15,085 nucleotides of DNA from Candidatus Eiseniibacteriota bacterium (GCA_046598045.1 JBKJJJ010000019.1:1-15085), one strand, 5' to 3'; numbered from the stretch's first letter, positions 1 through 8,533 are shown. Notes: generated by a model from the letters alone, not told the origin. A program made the numbers and translations.

Positions 1-894
1 GCCGAACCGCGCTATCGCCGACCGGACCGGCTGATTGTCTGCCAGTGTGGCACGTGCACGACCTGGTTCGTGTCGCCCGCGCCCTCGGCCGCGCAGATCG
101 ACGTGTTCTACTCGCGCTATGACGAGCAGCACCGGCGCGAACCCGAGCAATCGGCCCGGGATCTTCTGCGTGCCTACGGGAGAACGCGGCCTGATGGGGA
201 CTTCCGCCTGCGCGAACTCGCATCGCTCAAGTCGTTCGCGGGTGCACGCGTGCTCGACGTCGGTTTCGGCCGTGCCCGCACGCTCTACGACGTGCAGCGA
301 TTGGGGGGCATTCCCCATGGCGTCGAGCTCGACGACCAGGCGCTCGCCTTCGCGCGTGCGCTCGGGATCCCCAACGTGACCAAGGGCACGCTCGACGACC
401 TGCCGGAGGATGCACGCTACGATGCGATCCTGCTCTGCGACCTGATCGAGCATCCTCTCCAGCCGCACGACCTGCTCCTGGCAGCAACCCGCCGCCTCGC
501 GCCCGGGGGACTCCTGCTGGTGTGGACACCGAACGGCCGCGCGGCGGAAGGCGAACGCGAGCCGGTGACGTTTCGGGTCGATCTCGAGCACATGCAATAC
601 TTCACGCCGCAGAGCCTCGCCCACGCCGCGGTGCGACTCGGCCTCTCGATCGTTCACCTCGAGACCCTGGGCTTCCCCGACCTGGCCGACATCGACCGGC
701 CACGCGGCAGCGCGCCGTCGCCGCTGGCGCGGATCAAGGCTCTGGTGCGCGCGTTCCCCGGCTATCCCGTACTCGATCGACTCCGGCGCGGATTGTTCCC
801 CGGCTCGGTCCCGGACGAGCGGACCGGCGTGTATGTCCTGTTCGCCTTGCTCGAGAAGTCGCCCGATGCATCGCCCGGCGTGGGCGGGGCCTAG
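1..894 (+). CDS. Class I SAM-dependent methyltransferase (Methyltransf_23-like) with N-terminal Cys cluster; 5'-truncated by the window edge
   Basis: Frame 1 is open from base 1 (AEPRYRRPDRLIVCQCGTCTTWFVSPAPS), so the start lies upstream of the window, not at 70. Motif I VLDVGFGRA, GVELD, YDAILLCDLIEH, LAPGGLLLVWTPN and EHMQYFT are typical of methyltransferases in glycan loci. Confidence 0.85.
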   Translation, partial: AEPRYRRPDRLIVCQCGTCTTWFVSPAPSAAQIDVFYSRYDEQHRREPEQSARDLLRAYGRTRPDGDFRLRELASLKSFAGARVLDVGFGRARTLYDVQRLGGIPHGVELDDQALAFARALGIPNVTKGTLDDLPEDARYDAILLCDLIEHPLQPHDLLLAATRRLAPGGLLLVWTPNGRAAEGEREPVTFRVDLEHMQYFTPQSLAHAAVRLGLSIVHLETLGFPDLADIDRPRGSAPSPLARIKALVRAFPGYPVLDRLRRGLFPGSVPDERTGVYVLFALLEKSPDASPGVGGA

Positions 895-897
895 CCG

Positions 898-2523
898 ATG
901 CCACCGACCCGACTCTCCCGCCCGGGCGCGATCCTGCTGGGCGCGCTGCTCGCCCTGTCCGCGATCGGATTCATCCTGTTCACCTGCAAGCTGTGGAACT
1001 ACACGGTGGACGATGCTTACATCACGTTTCGCTACGCACAGAACCTCGTCCACGGCTGGGGCCTGACGTTCAACACGTCGTTGCCGCGCGCGGAAGGCTA
1101 CACCTCGGTCCTGTGGACGCTCCTCATGGCGGTGCCGCAGCTGGCGGGAATCGATCCGGTCCTGTTCGCCAAGGGGGCCGGACTGTTGCTCGCGCTGGGA
1201 ACGCTCGGACTCGTCGTCCACGCGAGCATGACGGATTCCGCCGCCGCGCCCGGCGAGACGCGCCTTCCCGGCGCGGCGTTCGCGGCGATCCTCTACCTCA
1301 GTTTCTCCTCGGCGCCGGTACACGGGATCTCGGGCATGGAGACCGCCCTGGCGGCCTTTCTCTATGTCGGGACCGCGGCTCTGTTCTTGCGGTCCCCGGA
1401 CGCGAACTCCTCCCCGTGGCTGCCGGCGGCCTGCCTGCTCCTCGGGCTGACGCGTCCGGAGGCGAACCTGTTTGCCGCGGTGCTCCTCGGGCTCGTCCTC
1501 GTACGCGCGCGAGGCGCCGAGCGCCGCAGCTTCGCGCTCGCCTGCGTCGCAGCCTACGTGATTCCGGGCATCGTGTATTTCGTCTGGAGGTTCCGCTATT
1601 ACGGCGTGCCCATGCCGCTGCCGTTCTACATCAAGTCGAACGGCGTGCGCCTGTCCGGGCTCGAGCCCACACTGTCCTTCCTCAAGAACATCGCGGTCGG
1701 TTTTGCGCTGCCGGTCTTCTCGTTCGCGACGCTGTCCTCCCGCCGGCGGGCGTGGATCCTGGTTCCCATCGCGTGCATGATCGCCTACTTCGTGACCACC
1801 GAGCACATCATGGGATATGGCCACCGGTACTTCTTTCCGCTGGTGCCCGTGCTCGCGCTGATCGCGGGGCTGGGATTTTCCGCCCGGCTCCGGGCCGGGG
1901 CAGGGGTGTGGATGCAGGCGGCGTTCCTGATGGCGCTCGCGCTCGCATTCACGCTCGGGAACACGAAGACGCTCCAGGTGATGCCGGACTACCTGTCCTA
2001 CGAGCACGGCATGGAGACCGCCCACGTCCCGCTGGGGCGCGCGCTCGCGGCGGTCCGATGGAGCGCCCCGCCGGTGCTCGCGATCGGCGACGCGGGGGCG
2101 GTGCCGTACTACTCGGGACTGCGGACCATCGACACCTACGGCCTGAACGATCCGACAATCGCGCGCCACCTCCATGCGGATCGCTCCGCCTATGTCCTCG
2201 CCCAGGATCCCGATGTGCTGGTGTTCATCTCCCGGGATCGCGACGACTTCCATGCCCGGCTTCCCCACGAGGACGCGCTGTGGCGGGCGAGCCGGGCGGC
2301 CGGCTACGACCGGCACGTGACACTCCCGTTCGATGTCGATTACGAGCTCTGGGTCGCCTGGGCATCGCACTCCCGCGATGCCAGCACGCTCGAGCCCGTC
2401 CTCTACGACCTGGCCCGCCGGAGCCGTCCCCTCGGGTCCGTCCCGGAGGTCGGGCCGGGAGCGGCGATGGCGGCCCCCCCGGCGTTGGACGACCGAAGCC
2501 CTTCCATCCCGGTCAAGCCCTGA
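898..2523 (+). CDS. Polytopic membrane glycosyltransferase, GT-C fold (arabinofuranosyltransferase/PMT-like)
   Basis: About 10 hydrophobic segments; DDAYITFRYAQNL..G.G..FN....EGYTS..W in the first loop (acidic DD pair of GT-C enzymes); SGMET, TRPE, RYFFP and C-terminal GDAGAVPYYS..TID..GLND. Starts 3 nt after the methyltransferase stop. Confidence 0.75.
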   Translation: MPPTRLSRPGAILLGALLALSAIGFILFTCKLWNYTVDDAYITFRYAQNLVHGWGLTFNTSLPRAEGYTSVLWTLLMAVPQLAGIDPVLFAKGAGLLLALGTLGLVVHASMTDSAAAPGETRLPGAAFAAILYLSFSSAPVHGISGMETALAAFLYVGTAALFLRSPDANSSPWLPAACLLLGLTRPEANLFAAVLLGLVLVRARGAERRSFALACVAAYVIPGIVYFVWRFRYYGVPMPLPFYIKSNGVRLSGLEPTLSFLKNIAVGFALPVFSFATLSSRRRAWILVPIACMIAYFVTTEHIMGYGHRYFFPLVPVLALIAGLGFSARLRAGAGVWMQAAFLMALALAFTLGNTKTLQVMPDYLSYEHGMETAHVPLGRALAAVRWSAPPVLAIGDAGAVPYYSGLRTIDTYGLNDPTIARHLHADRSAYVLAQDPDVLVFISRDRDDFHARLPHEDALWRASRAAGYDRHVTLPFDVDYELWVAWASHSRDASTLEPVLYDLARRSRPLGSVPEVGPGAAMAAPPALDDRSPSIPVKP

Positions 2524-2624
2524 TCACCCACGGGTGCCTCCCGACTTCCTGGGGATGCCGTCATCTGGTTGTGAACAAACGAACTCGGGTCGGCCGCGCA
2601 GGGCGCGGAACCCCTCCTCCGGGG

Positions 2625-2640
2625 TGGCACGCAATTCGCT
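2625..2640 (+). promoter_or_regulatory. sigma54 (RpoN) -24/-12 promoter
   Basis: TGGCACGCAATTCGCT: GG(2626-27)-N10-GC(2638-39), close to the TGGCACG-N4-TTGCW consensus, in an intergenic region upstream of the SDR gene. Confidence 0.7.
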
Positions 2641-2769
2641 GTGCTTCCGGAGCGGCCCGCTTCCCGGGATCGGGAAGGACGGTCCCGCTGGTTTCCGCGG
2701 GGAATTCGGACCGTGACTAACTGCGAGTGGCACGCGGGGTTCGGCGATTTTCGGTCCGGGAAATCCCGT

Positions 2770-2799
2770 TTGACAGCGGGCGTTGCGTTCTCTTAACCT
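2770..2799 (+). promoter_or_regulatory. sigma70-type promoter for the SDR gene
   Basis: Perfect TTGACA (2770-2775), 18-bp spacer, TAACCT (2794-2799) in a high-GC background. Confidence 0.65.
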
Positions 2800-2880
2800 A
2801 GCTTGGTTCAGGGCCTCCGCGTGTGGATCATCGGAGGACGAGGCAGGCGGCCACGCCACCTAGGTCTTCGAGGGAGGGGT

Positions 2881-3882
2881 ATGCGAGTCCTGGTCACAGG
2901 AGGTGCGGGTTTCATCGGCTCCCACCTCGTCGATGCCCTGCTGTTGCGCGGGCACGAGGTATGGGCGTTCGATGATCTCTCGACAGGTTCCCTCGGCAAC
3001 CTGAAGGCAGCCCTCAGCCATCCCTCGTGTCATTTCGTCGAGGGCTCGGTCATGGACCCGATTGCAGTGTCCGACCTGGTCTCGCGCGTGGACGAGGTCT
3101 ATCACCTTGCGGCCGCCGTCGGCGTCAAGTTCGTCCTCGACAATCCCCTGCGTTCGTTGCTGACGAACATCCGGGGCACCGAGAACGTACTCGAAGCCGC
3201 CAACCAGCACGGCAACAAGAAGGTCATTCTCTTCTCCTCGAGCGAGGTCTACGGCAAGGGCGCCTCGATCCCGTTCCGCGAGAGCGATGATCGCCTGCTC
3301 GGCCCCACGTCGGTCCTGCGCTGGTCGTATGCGGCGAGCAAGGCCGTCGACGAGTTCCTCGCGCTCGGCTACTACCACGAGCGCCGGCTGCCGGTCGTCG
3401 TCGTGCGCTGCTTCAACACCTGCGGCCCGCGCCAGAGCCCGCACTACGGCATGGTGATCCCGCGCTTCGTCGAGCGTGCCCTCGCCCACGAGCCGATCCT
3501 GGTCTACGGCGACGGCCTGCAGAGCCGCTGCTTCTCCTCGGTGCACGACGTCGTGCGCGGCGTGCTGATGCTCGCCGACGAGCCGCGTGCCTACGGAGAA
3601 GTGTTCAACATCGGCACCGGCGAAGAGGTCTCGGTGGGCGACCTGGCGCGACGAATTCGCGCGATGGCCGGCTCCACCTCGGCGATCGAGCTGGTGGAGT
3701 ACGAGGCGGTCTACGGCTCGCGCTTCGAGGACATGCAGCGCCGGGTTCCGGACCTCGCAAAGATCCATGCCATGGTCGGTTACGCACCGCAAGTCTCGCT
3801 CGACCAGCTGCTGGTGGAGACCATCGAGCACGTGCGTGCGTCGCAGGAAGCCCCGAGGGCGACGGCAACGATCGGCCGCTGA
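2881..3882 (+). CDS. NAD-dependent nucleotide-sugar epimerase/dehydratase/decarboxylase (extended SDR)
   Basis: ATG 2881 after [26 protein letters not shown]ossmann motif, [26 protein letters not shown] (YxxxK), [20 protein letters not shown]. Confidence 0.92.
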   Translation: MRVLVTGGAGFIGSHLVDALLLRGHEVWAFDDLSTGSLGNLKAALSHPSCHFVEGSVMDPIAVSDLVSRVDEVYHLAAAVGVKFVLDNPLRSLLTNIRGTENVLEAANQHGNKKVILFSSSEVYGKGASIPFRESDDRLLGPTSVLRWSYAASKAVDEFLALGYYHERRLPVVVVRCFNTCGPRQSPHYGMVIPRFVERALAHEPILVYGDGLQSRCFSSVHDVVRGVLMLADEPRAYGEVFNIGTGEEVSVGDLARRIRAMAGSTSAIELVEYEAVYGSRFEDMQRRVPDLAKIHAMVGYAPQVSLDQLLVETIEHVRASQEAPRATATIGR

Positions 3883-3913
3883 TCAGGTTCGAAGATCGCA
3901 CGCTGGTTCAAGC

Positions 3914-3947
3914 ACGCCGCCTGCACTCCGCAGGCGGCGTTCTTCGT
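3914..3947 (+). terminator. Probable intrinsic terminator after the SDR gene
   Basis: Perfect 11-bp stem ACGCCGCCTGC-actcc-GCAGGCGGCGT followed by TCTTCGT. Confidence 0.65.
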
Positions 3948-3962
3948 GCTCCCCGCTTCCCG

Positions 3963-3991
3963 TTGCCCCGCCGCCAGCGACGGGCTATGGT
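3963..3991 (+). promoter_or_regulatory. sigma70-type promoter directly upstream of the wecA-like ATG
   Basis: TTGCCC (3963-68), 17-bp spacer, TATGGT (3986-91), ending 9 nt before ATG 4001; no SD sequence in between. Confidence 0.55.
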
Positions 3992-4000
3992 CGCGAGCGC

Positions 4001-5035
4001 ATGATCCCCGACGCGTCCCTCACACCCACGATGTGGGCTTCGATCGCCGCCTGGACGTCCGCCGTCGCGGTGGTCCTGATCGCCACGCCCGTGCTGGCGC
4101 GCCTCGCGTGGGCGACGGGCTACCTCGACCACCCCGAGGCGCGCAAGCTGCACATCGCCGCGACCCCGCTCCTCGGGGGCGTCGCGGTCGCGCTCGGCAC
4201 GGCGCTCGGGGCGAACCTGGGGTTCTTCTCGCTGAGCATGGGATTGCCGCCCCAGTCGCTGTGGTGGATGGCGGGGGCGATGGTGGCGGTCGTGGTCGGG
4301 CTGATCGACGATCGCCGTGGCATGAGCCCCGGGATCAAGCTGCTCTTCCAGGTCGTGGCCGCGCTCCTGTTCGTGCAGGGCGGCATCTACCCCCAGCGCT
4401 GGCTCGGGCCGGTCGGCGGGCACCTGGTCTCGATCGTGTGGATGGTCGGGCTGATGAACGCGATCAACTTCCTCGACAACATGGACGGGATCGTCGGCGG
4501 GGTCTCCGCCATCTGCGCGCTCGCGTTCGCCGGGTTGCTCTCGCTGTGGGGGCGCCCGCACGAGGCGCTGTTCGCGCTCGGGCTGGCGGGGGCGACGCTC
4601 GGGTTCCTGCGCTACAACTTCGCCCCGGCGCGGATCTTTCTCGGCGACACGGGGAGCCTGTTCCTCGGGTATGCTCTGGGGGCGCTCGGCCTGATCTCGG
4701 CCAGCACCGGACCCGGCGTCTCGGGAGTCCTGGCCAGCTTCCTGGTCCTCGGGTTTCCGTTGTTCGACACCTGCTTCGTCGTCTTCACGCGCATCTACGA
4801 AGGCCGGAAGGTCTACGTCGGCGGACGCGACCACACCACGCACCGCATGGCCCGCCTGGTTCGCGGGCCGCGGCGCACGGCGGCCGCGGTGTATCTCGCC
4901 ACCGCCCTGTTGGGACTGTCGGGCCTGTCGCTCGGCATGAACCCCGGCGCGGCGTTCGCGATCCCGCTGGTCGCGGGGTGGACAATCGTGCTCCTCTTGG
5001 CCGGCCGTCGCCTCGCGCGCGTGCCCAAACTCTGA
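4001..5035 (+). CDS. Polyprenyl-phosphate GlcNAc-1-phosphate transferase (WecA/TagO/MraY, glycosyl transferase family 4)
   Basis: LDHP..RKLH..ATPLLGG, GLIDD, MNAINFLDNMDG, YNFAPARIFLGDTGS and RDHTTHR motifs with about 10-11 TM segments. Start placed at ATG 4001, within the 3587 ORF; the upstream part of that ORF overlaps the SDR gene. Confidence 0.9.
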   Translation: MIPDASLTPTMWASIAAWTSAVAVVLIATPVLARLAWATGYLDHPEARKLHIAATPLLGGVAVALGTALGANLGFFSLSMGLPPQSLWWMAGAMVAVVVGLIDDRRGMSPGIKLLFQVVAALLFVQGGIYPQRWLGPVGGHLVSIVWMVGLMNAINFLDNMDGIVGGVSAICALAFAGLLSLWGRPHEALFALGLAGATLGFLRYNFAPARIFLGDTGSLFLGYALGALGLISASTGPGVSGVLASFLVLGFPLFDTCFVVFTRIYEGRKVYVGGRDHTTHRMARLVRGPRRTAAAVYLATALLGLSGLSLGMNPGAAFAIPLVAGWTIVLLLAGRRLARVPKL

Positions 5036-5057
5036 CCTCCCTCCCGGAGACCTGGCG

Positions 5058-5321
5058 ATGACCGAACCCGGCAACAACGACCCGATTGCGAGCTTCCTGC
5101 ACGACCTCCTGGTCCGCATGGTGGATGACCCGGACGCGGTCGAGGTGCGCGTCTCCGCCGGCAACCCCACGCTCTACGAGGCGACCGTCGCGCCCGACGA
5201 CATCGGCCAGGTCGTCGGCCGCGAGGGCCGCAACGTGAAGTCGATCCGCGCCCTGGTCGCCGCTGCGGCGCAGAAGCGCGGCGAGGACGCGACGTTTGAG
5301 ATCGCCGATCCCCAAAGCTGA
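5058..5321 (+). CDS. khpA: Single KH-domain RNA-binding protein (KhpA/YlqC family)
   Basis: 87 aa; MVDDPDAVEV and VAPDDIGQVVGREGRNVKSIR (GxxG loop); GGAG SD; conserved position upstream of rimM. Confidence 0.88.
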   Translation: MTEPGNNDPIASFLHDLLVRMVDDPDAVEVRVSAGNPTLYEATVAPDDIGQVVGREGRNVKSIRALVAAAAQKRGEDATFEIADPQS

Positions 5322-5334
5322 CAAGAGCGCTGAG

Positions 5335-5892
5335 ATGACGGACGCCTCCCCGGGGACGCGCGCGGCCCGAGTCGAGATCGGCCGCGTGGTCAAGCCGCAC
5401 GGCCTCAAGGGCGAGCTCGTCGTGAGCGGCGTGCGCCTGACCCCGGACGAGTTTCGCTCCCTCGGCCGGATCGAGGCGATCGCCGCCGATGGCTCCCGCC
5501 GCGTGCTCCTCGTCCGCGAGGCGCGTCCGTTCATGCAGAGCATCCTGGTCCGGTTCGACGGCGTCGGCGACGTCGACCAGGCGCGCGCGCTCCACGGGCA
5601 GGTCCTCGAGGTGGATCCGGCGCAGCTGCCCAAGACCAAGGACGGGACGGTCTACCTGTTCCAGCTCCTCGGGCTCTCGGTCCACACCGAGGCGGGCGAG
5701 GACCTCGGCCGGGTGGCGGACGTGTTCCAGACGGGGGCGACGCCGATCCTGGTGGTACGCGCGAACGCGCCCCCGGAGGGCGGGAAGGGGCGGGAGCGGA
5801 TGCTGCCGATGAGCCCGGACGTGCTGCTGAACGTGGACACCCCGTCCGGCCGAATGACCGTGCGGCTCCTGCCCGGCATGGAAGACCTCTGA
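5335..5892 (+). CDS. rimM: 16S rRNA processing protein RimM
   Basis: IGRVVKPHGLKGE, YLFQLLGLSV, LGRVADVFQTGA, MLPM...VD; ATG 5335 follows the khpA stop; synteny with trmD. Confidence 0.93.
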   Translation: MTDASPGTRAARVEIGRVVKPHGLKGELVVSGVRLTPDEFRSLGRIEAIAADGSRRVLLVREARPFMQSILVRFDGVGDVDQARALHGQVLEVDPAQLPKTKDGTVYLFQLLGLSVHTEAGEDLGRVADVFQTGATPILVVRANAPPEGGKGRERMLPMSPDVLLNVDTPSGRMTVRLLPGMEDL

Positions 5893-5893
5893 C

Positions 5894-6700
5894 GTGCGGA
5901 TCACCGTGGTCACGATCTTTCCCGAGATGTTCCCGGCGTTTCTCGACCACGGCATGGTGCGCGTGGCCCGGGAGAAGGGTGTCCTCGACGTCCAAGTCGT
6001 TAACTTGCGGGACTTTACGAAGGATCGGCACCGCACGACCGACGACGCCCCCTTCGGCGGGGGCGTGGGCATGGTCATGCTCGCCGAGCCGATTTTCCGG
6101 GCAATCGAGGCGATCGAGCCCGACCGCGCGGCCCGGCACGTCGTGCTCACCACCCCCCAGGGGAGGCCGTTTCAACAGGCCGACGCCCGGCGTCTGGCGG
6201 GGCTAAGTCACGTTGTGCTAGTGTGTGGCCGTTACAAAGGGGTCGATGAGCGGGTGGCCGATCAGCTCGTCGACGAGGAGTTGTCCCTCGGCGACTTCGT
6301 GTTGTCCGGGGGAGAGCCTGCCGCCCTTTGCGTCGTCGACGCCGTCGCCCGCCTGCTCCCCGGAGTACTGGGCGACTTCGACTCCGCCGAAAGCGACTCG
6401 TTCCACTCCGGCCTCCTGGACTGCGCGTACTACACCCGCCCGGCGGAGTTCGAGGGCCTGGGGGTGCCGGACGTGTTGCTCTCCGGAGACCATGCCCGGA
6501 TCGCGCGCTGGCGGAGAGAGAACGCGCTCCAGCGCACGTTCGCACGGCGTCCGGACCTGCTCGAGGGCGTGGCCCTCGAGGCGGCCGACCGCACATTCAT
6601 TCGCACCCTGACCGGAGAGCCGGAGCCACCTGCTCCTTCCCGGCGGGCCAGGACGCCTCGCCCGAGCGGGGCCGGTGAAGCAAAGAAGGAGACGTCATGA
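5894..6700 (+). CDS. trmD: tRNA (guanine37-N1)-methyltransferase TrmD
   Basis: GTG start; [51 protein letters not shown] and [13 protein letters not shown]; Pro/Arg-rich C-terminal tail overlaps rplS by ATGA. Confidence 0.96.
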   Translation: MRITVVTIFPEMFPAFLDHGMVRVAREKGVLDVQVVNLRDFTKDRHRTTDDAPFGGGVGMVMLAEPIFRAIEAIEPDRAARHVVLTTPQGRPFQQADARRLAGLSHVVLVCGRYKGVDERVADQLVDEELSLGDFVLSGGEPAALCVVDAVARLLPGVLGDFDSAESDSFHSGLLDCAYYTRPAEFEGLGVPDVLLSGDHARIARWRRENALQRTFARRPDLLEGVALEAADRTFIRTLTGEPEPPAPSRRARTPRPSGAGEAKKETS

Positions 6701-7059
6701 GTCTGCTCCAGAAGTACGAAGCGCGGTTCGCCAAGGCTGAGCACCCGGAGTTCCGCCCCGGCGACACGCTCAAGGTCTACGTGCGGGTGATCGAGGGAGA
6801 CAAGGAGCGCGCGCAGATGTTCCAGGGCGTGTGCATCAACCAGCGGGGCGCCGGCACGAACGCGACGTTCACCGTCCGCAAGGTCTCCGACGGCATCGGC
6901 GTCGAGCGCATCTTCCCGATCCACTCGCCGAGCATCTCCAAGATCGTGGTCGCGCGCCGCGGCCAGGTCCGCCGCGCAAAGCTGTTCTACCTGCGCAAGA
7001 AGACCGGCAAGGCCGCGAAGATCACCGAGAAGAAGGTGGTCGAGACCTCCTCGAAGTAG
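6697..7059 (+). CDS. rplS: 50S ribosomal protein L19
   Basis: [62 protein letters not shown]. Confidence 0.97.
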   Translation: MSLLQKYEARFAKAEHPEFRPGDTLKVYVRVIEGDKERAQMFQGVCINQRGAGTNATFTVRKVSDGIGVERIFPIHSPSISKIVVARRGQVRRAKLFYLRKKTGKAAKITEKKVVETSSK

Positions 7060-7080
7060 GAATCAGGAGTCCAGGTCCAG

Positions 7081-7118
7081 GCGGGCATCGCGAGCGATCG
7101 CGATGCCCGTTCTGTTTT
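7081..7118 (+). terminator. Intrinsic terminator after rplS
   Basis: 13-bp stem GCGGGCATCGCGA-gcga-TCGCGATGCCCGT (GNRA loop) followed by TCTGTTTT. Confidence 0.8.
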
Positions 7119-7149
7119 GCGGGCCCGGGTTGGAGTACCCTCTCGCGCT

Positions 7150-7827
7150 GTGACGCGAACGGATTCAACTTTAGCCGGCTTCGACGCGGCGCTTCGGCGC
7201 GAGGGGTTCGGGCTGCTCGCGGGTCTCGACGAGGCGGGCCGGGGTTGCCTGGCCGGGCCGGTGGTGGCGGCCGCGGTCATCCTGCGGGAGGGCACGCACC
7301 TCCCGGACGTGGACGACTCGAAGAAACTCACTCCGGCGGCGCGCGGTGTGCAGGCCCGGCTCGTGCGCGAACGGGCCTGGGCTGTGGGCGTGAGCTTCAT
7401 CGGACCGCGGGTCGTGGATGCAATCAACATTCGCCAGGCCAGCCTGCTCGCGATGCGGCGCGCGTTGCGGCGGGCGCGCGTGGGCCAGGACCGTGACCCG
7501 CAGACGCGCGGCCTGGCCCTGCTCGCGCTGGTCGATGGAGTCGATGAGCTGGTGGGGCTCGATTGCCCCCAGCGTTCGCTTGTGAGCGGCGACGCGCGAA
7601 GCCTTGCGGTCGCAGCCGCCTCCGTCATCGCCAAGACCGCCCGCGACAGCTTCATGATTCGCCTGGCGAAGGACCATCCCGAGTACGGCTTCGAGCACCA
7701 CAAGGGCTACGGCACCGTGGAGCACCTGCGCGCGCTCGCGCTCCATGGTCCGTGCGCCTGGCACCGCTACTCGTTCTCCCCGATCGCGCAGACCGACTTG
7801 TTCGCCCCCCTGGGCTCGCCCTCGTAA
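7150..7827 (+). CDS. rnhB: Ribonuclease HII
   Basis: AGLDEAGRGCLAGPVVAAAVIL, DSKKL, LVDG, GDARSLAVAAASVIAKTARD, YGFEHHKGYGT, HRYSF. Start uncertain: GTG 7150 preferred because TTG 7117 lies in the terminator tail. Confidence 0.93.
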   Translation: MTRTDSTLAGFDAALRREGFGLLAGLDEAGRGCLAGPVVAAAVILREGTHLPDVDDSKKLTPAARGVQARLVRERAWAVGVSFIGPRVVDAINIRQASLLAMRRALRRARVGQDRDPQTRGLALLALVDGVDELVGLDCPQRSLVSGDARSLAVAAASVIAKTARDSFMIRLAKDHPEYGFEHHKGYGTVEHLRALALHGPCAWHRYSFSPIAQTDLFAPLGSPS

Positions 7828-7837
7828 GAGACACGCG

Positions 7838-8233
7838 ATGGAGACAAGGCACACGACTCGCCCGCGCGGGATCCTGGGCGAGACGCTGGCGGAGCTGTAC
7901 CTCGAGTCGCGCGGCTATACCGTGTTGGCGAAGAACCTGCGCTCCGGCCGGCGGGAACTCGACCTGCTCGCCGAGCGCGGCGAGACGCTGGTCGCAGTCG
8001 AGGTCAAGTGGCGGCGCGAGCGGGGAGGCGGCGAGGCGGGCGCTGCGCTCGAAGCGTGGCGGCGGGCGCAACGCGTGCGCGCCGGCGAGGCGGTGCTGGC
8101 GCTGATGCAGGACTGGCCGGGCGGAGCGACGCGGCCGTGGCGCCTGGACCTGGTCGCGATCGAGGAGCGGGCAGACGGGTTCACGCTGACGCACCGGGTG
8201 GGGGCGTGGGCGCCGGGCGGGTCGTTCTGGTGA
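7838..8233 (+). CDS. yraN: YraN/UPF0102 family PD-(D/E)XK endonuclease-like protein
   Basis: G..GE.LA..YL..RGY.VL..N.R....ELDLLA.....LVAVEVKWR and RLDLVAI; usual position after rnhB; ATG 7838. Confidence 0.88.
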   Translation: METRHTTRPRGILGETLAELYLESRGYTVLAKNLRSGRRELDLLAERGETLVAVEVKWRRERGGGEAGAALEAWRRAQRVRAGEAVLALMQDWPGGATRPWRLDLVAIEERADGFTLTHRVGAWAPGGSFW

Positions 8234-8299
8234 GCGCGCCCGCAAAGACGGATCGCCCCGGACGCGGCTCCCCGGCGCGACGTGGACGAGCGCGGCCCC

Positions 8300-8523
8300 G
8301 GATCGACGCCTCCTCCGCGGGTCCGGCTTCCGCGCCCTCGACCGGGCCCTTCCGCCTAATCCACGCTTCGTCGGCGCCGCTCCTACAAGAGTCGGCTCCT
8401 TCTCTCGTGCGCGTCAGGAAACCGCACCCGGGGCGAGAGCCGCCGGTGAGCGCGTCACCTGTCCGTTGCCTTCGGCCGTGACCTGCGGCGCATCCTTGCG
8501 CCAGCGCGTGAATCCGAAGACAC
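8300..8523 (-). ncRNA. Candidate GGA-rich small RNA (CsrB/RsmZ-like); boundaries approximate
   Basis: Lies downstream of the minus-strand sigma54 promoter. It has 11 GGA on the - strand versus 1 on the + strand in 8311-8515, including the hairpin GGCGCA-AGGA-TGCGCC (8487-8502). No convincing ORF and no clear terminator. Confidence 0.35.
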
Positions 8524-8533
8524 CCGGAAGCCT

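Noticed and set aside
2569..2578. TTGTGAACAA short palindrome (Rex half-site, DnaA-box-like, or activator site)
   Set aside because: Single short imperfect match, closer to the sigma54 site than a typical enhancer; cannot be assigned.
522..2720. 732-aa overlapping + strand ORF
   Set aside because: Arg/Pro/Gly-rich off-frame shadow of the methyltransferase and GT-C genes, as expected at this GC content; no domain motifs.
2728..2745. Second TGGCACGC resembling a sigma54 -24 element
   Set aside because: No GC at the required GG-N10 spacing (TC is found instead).
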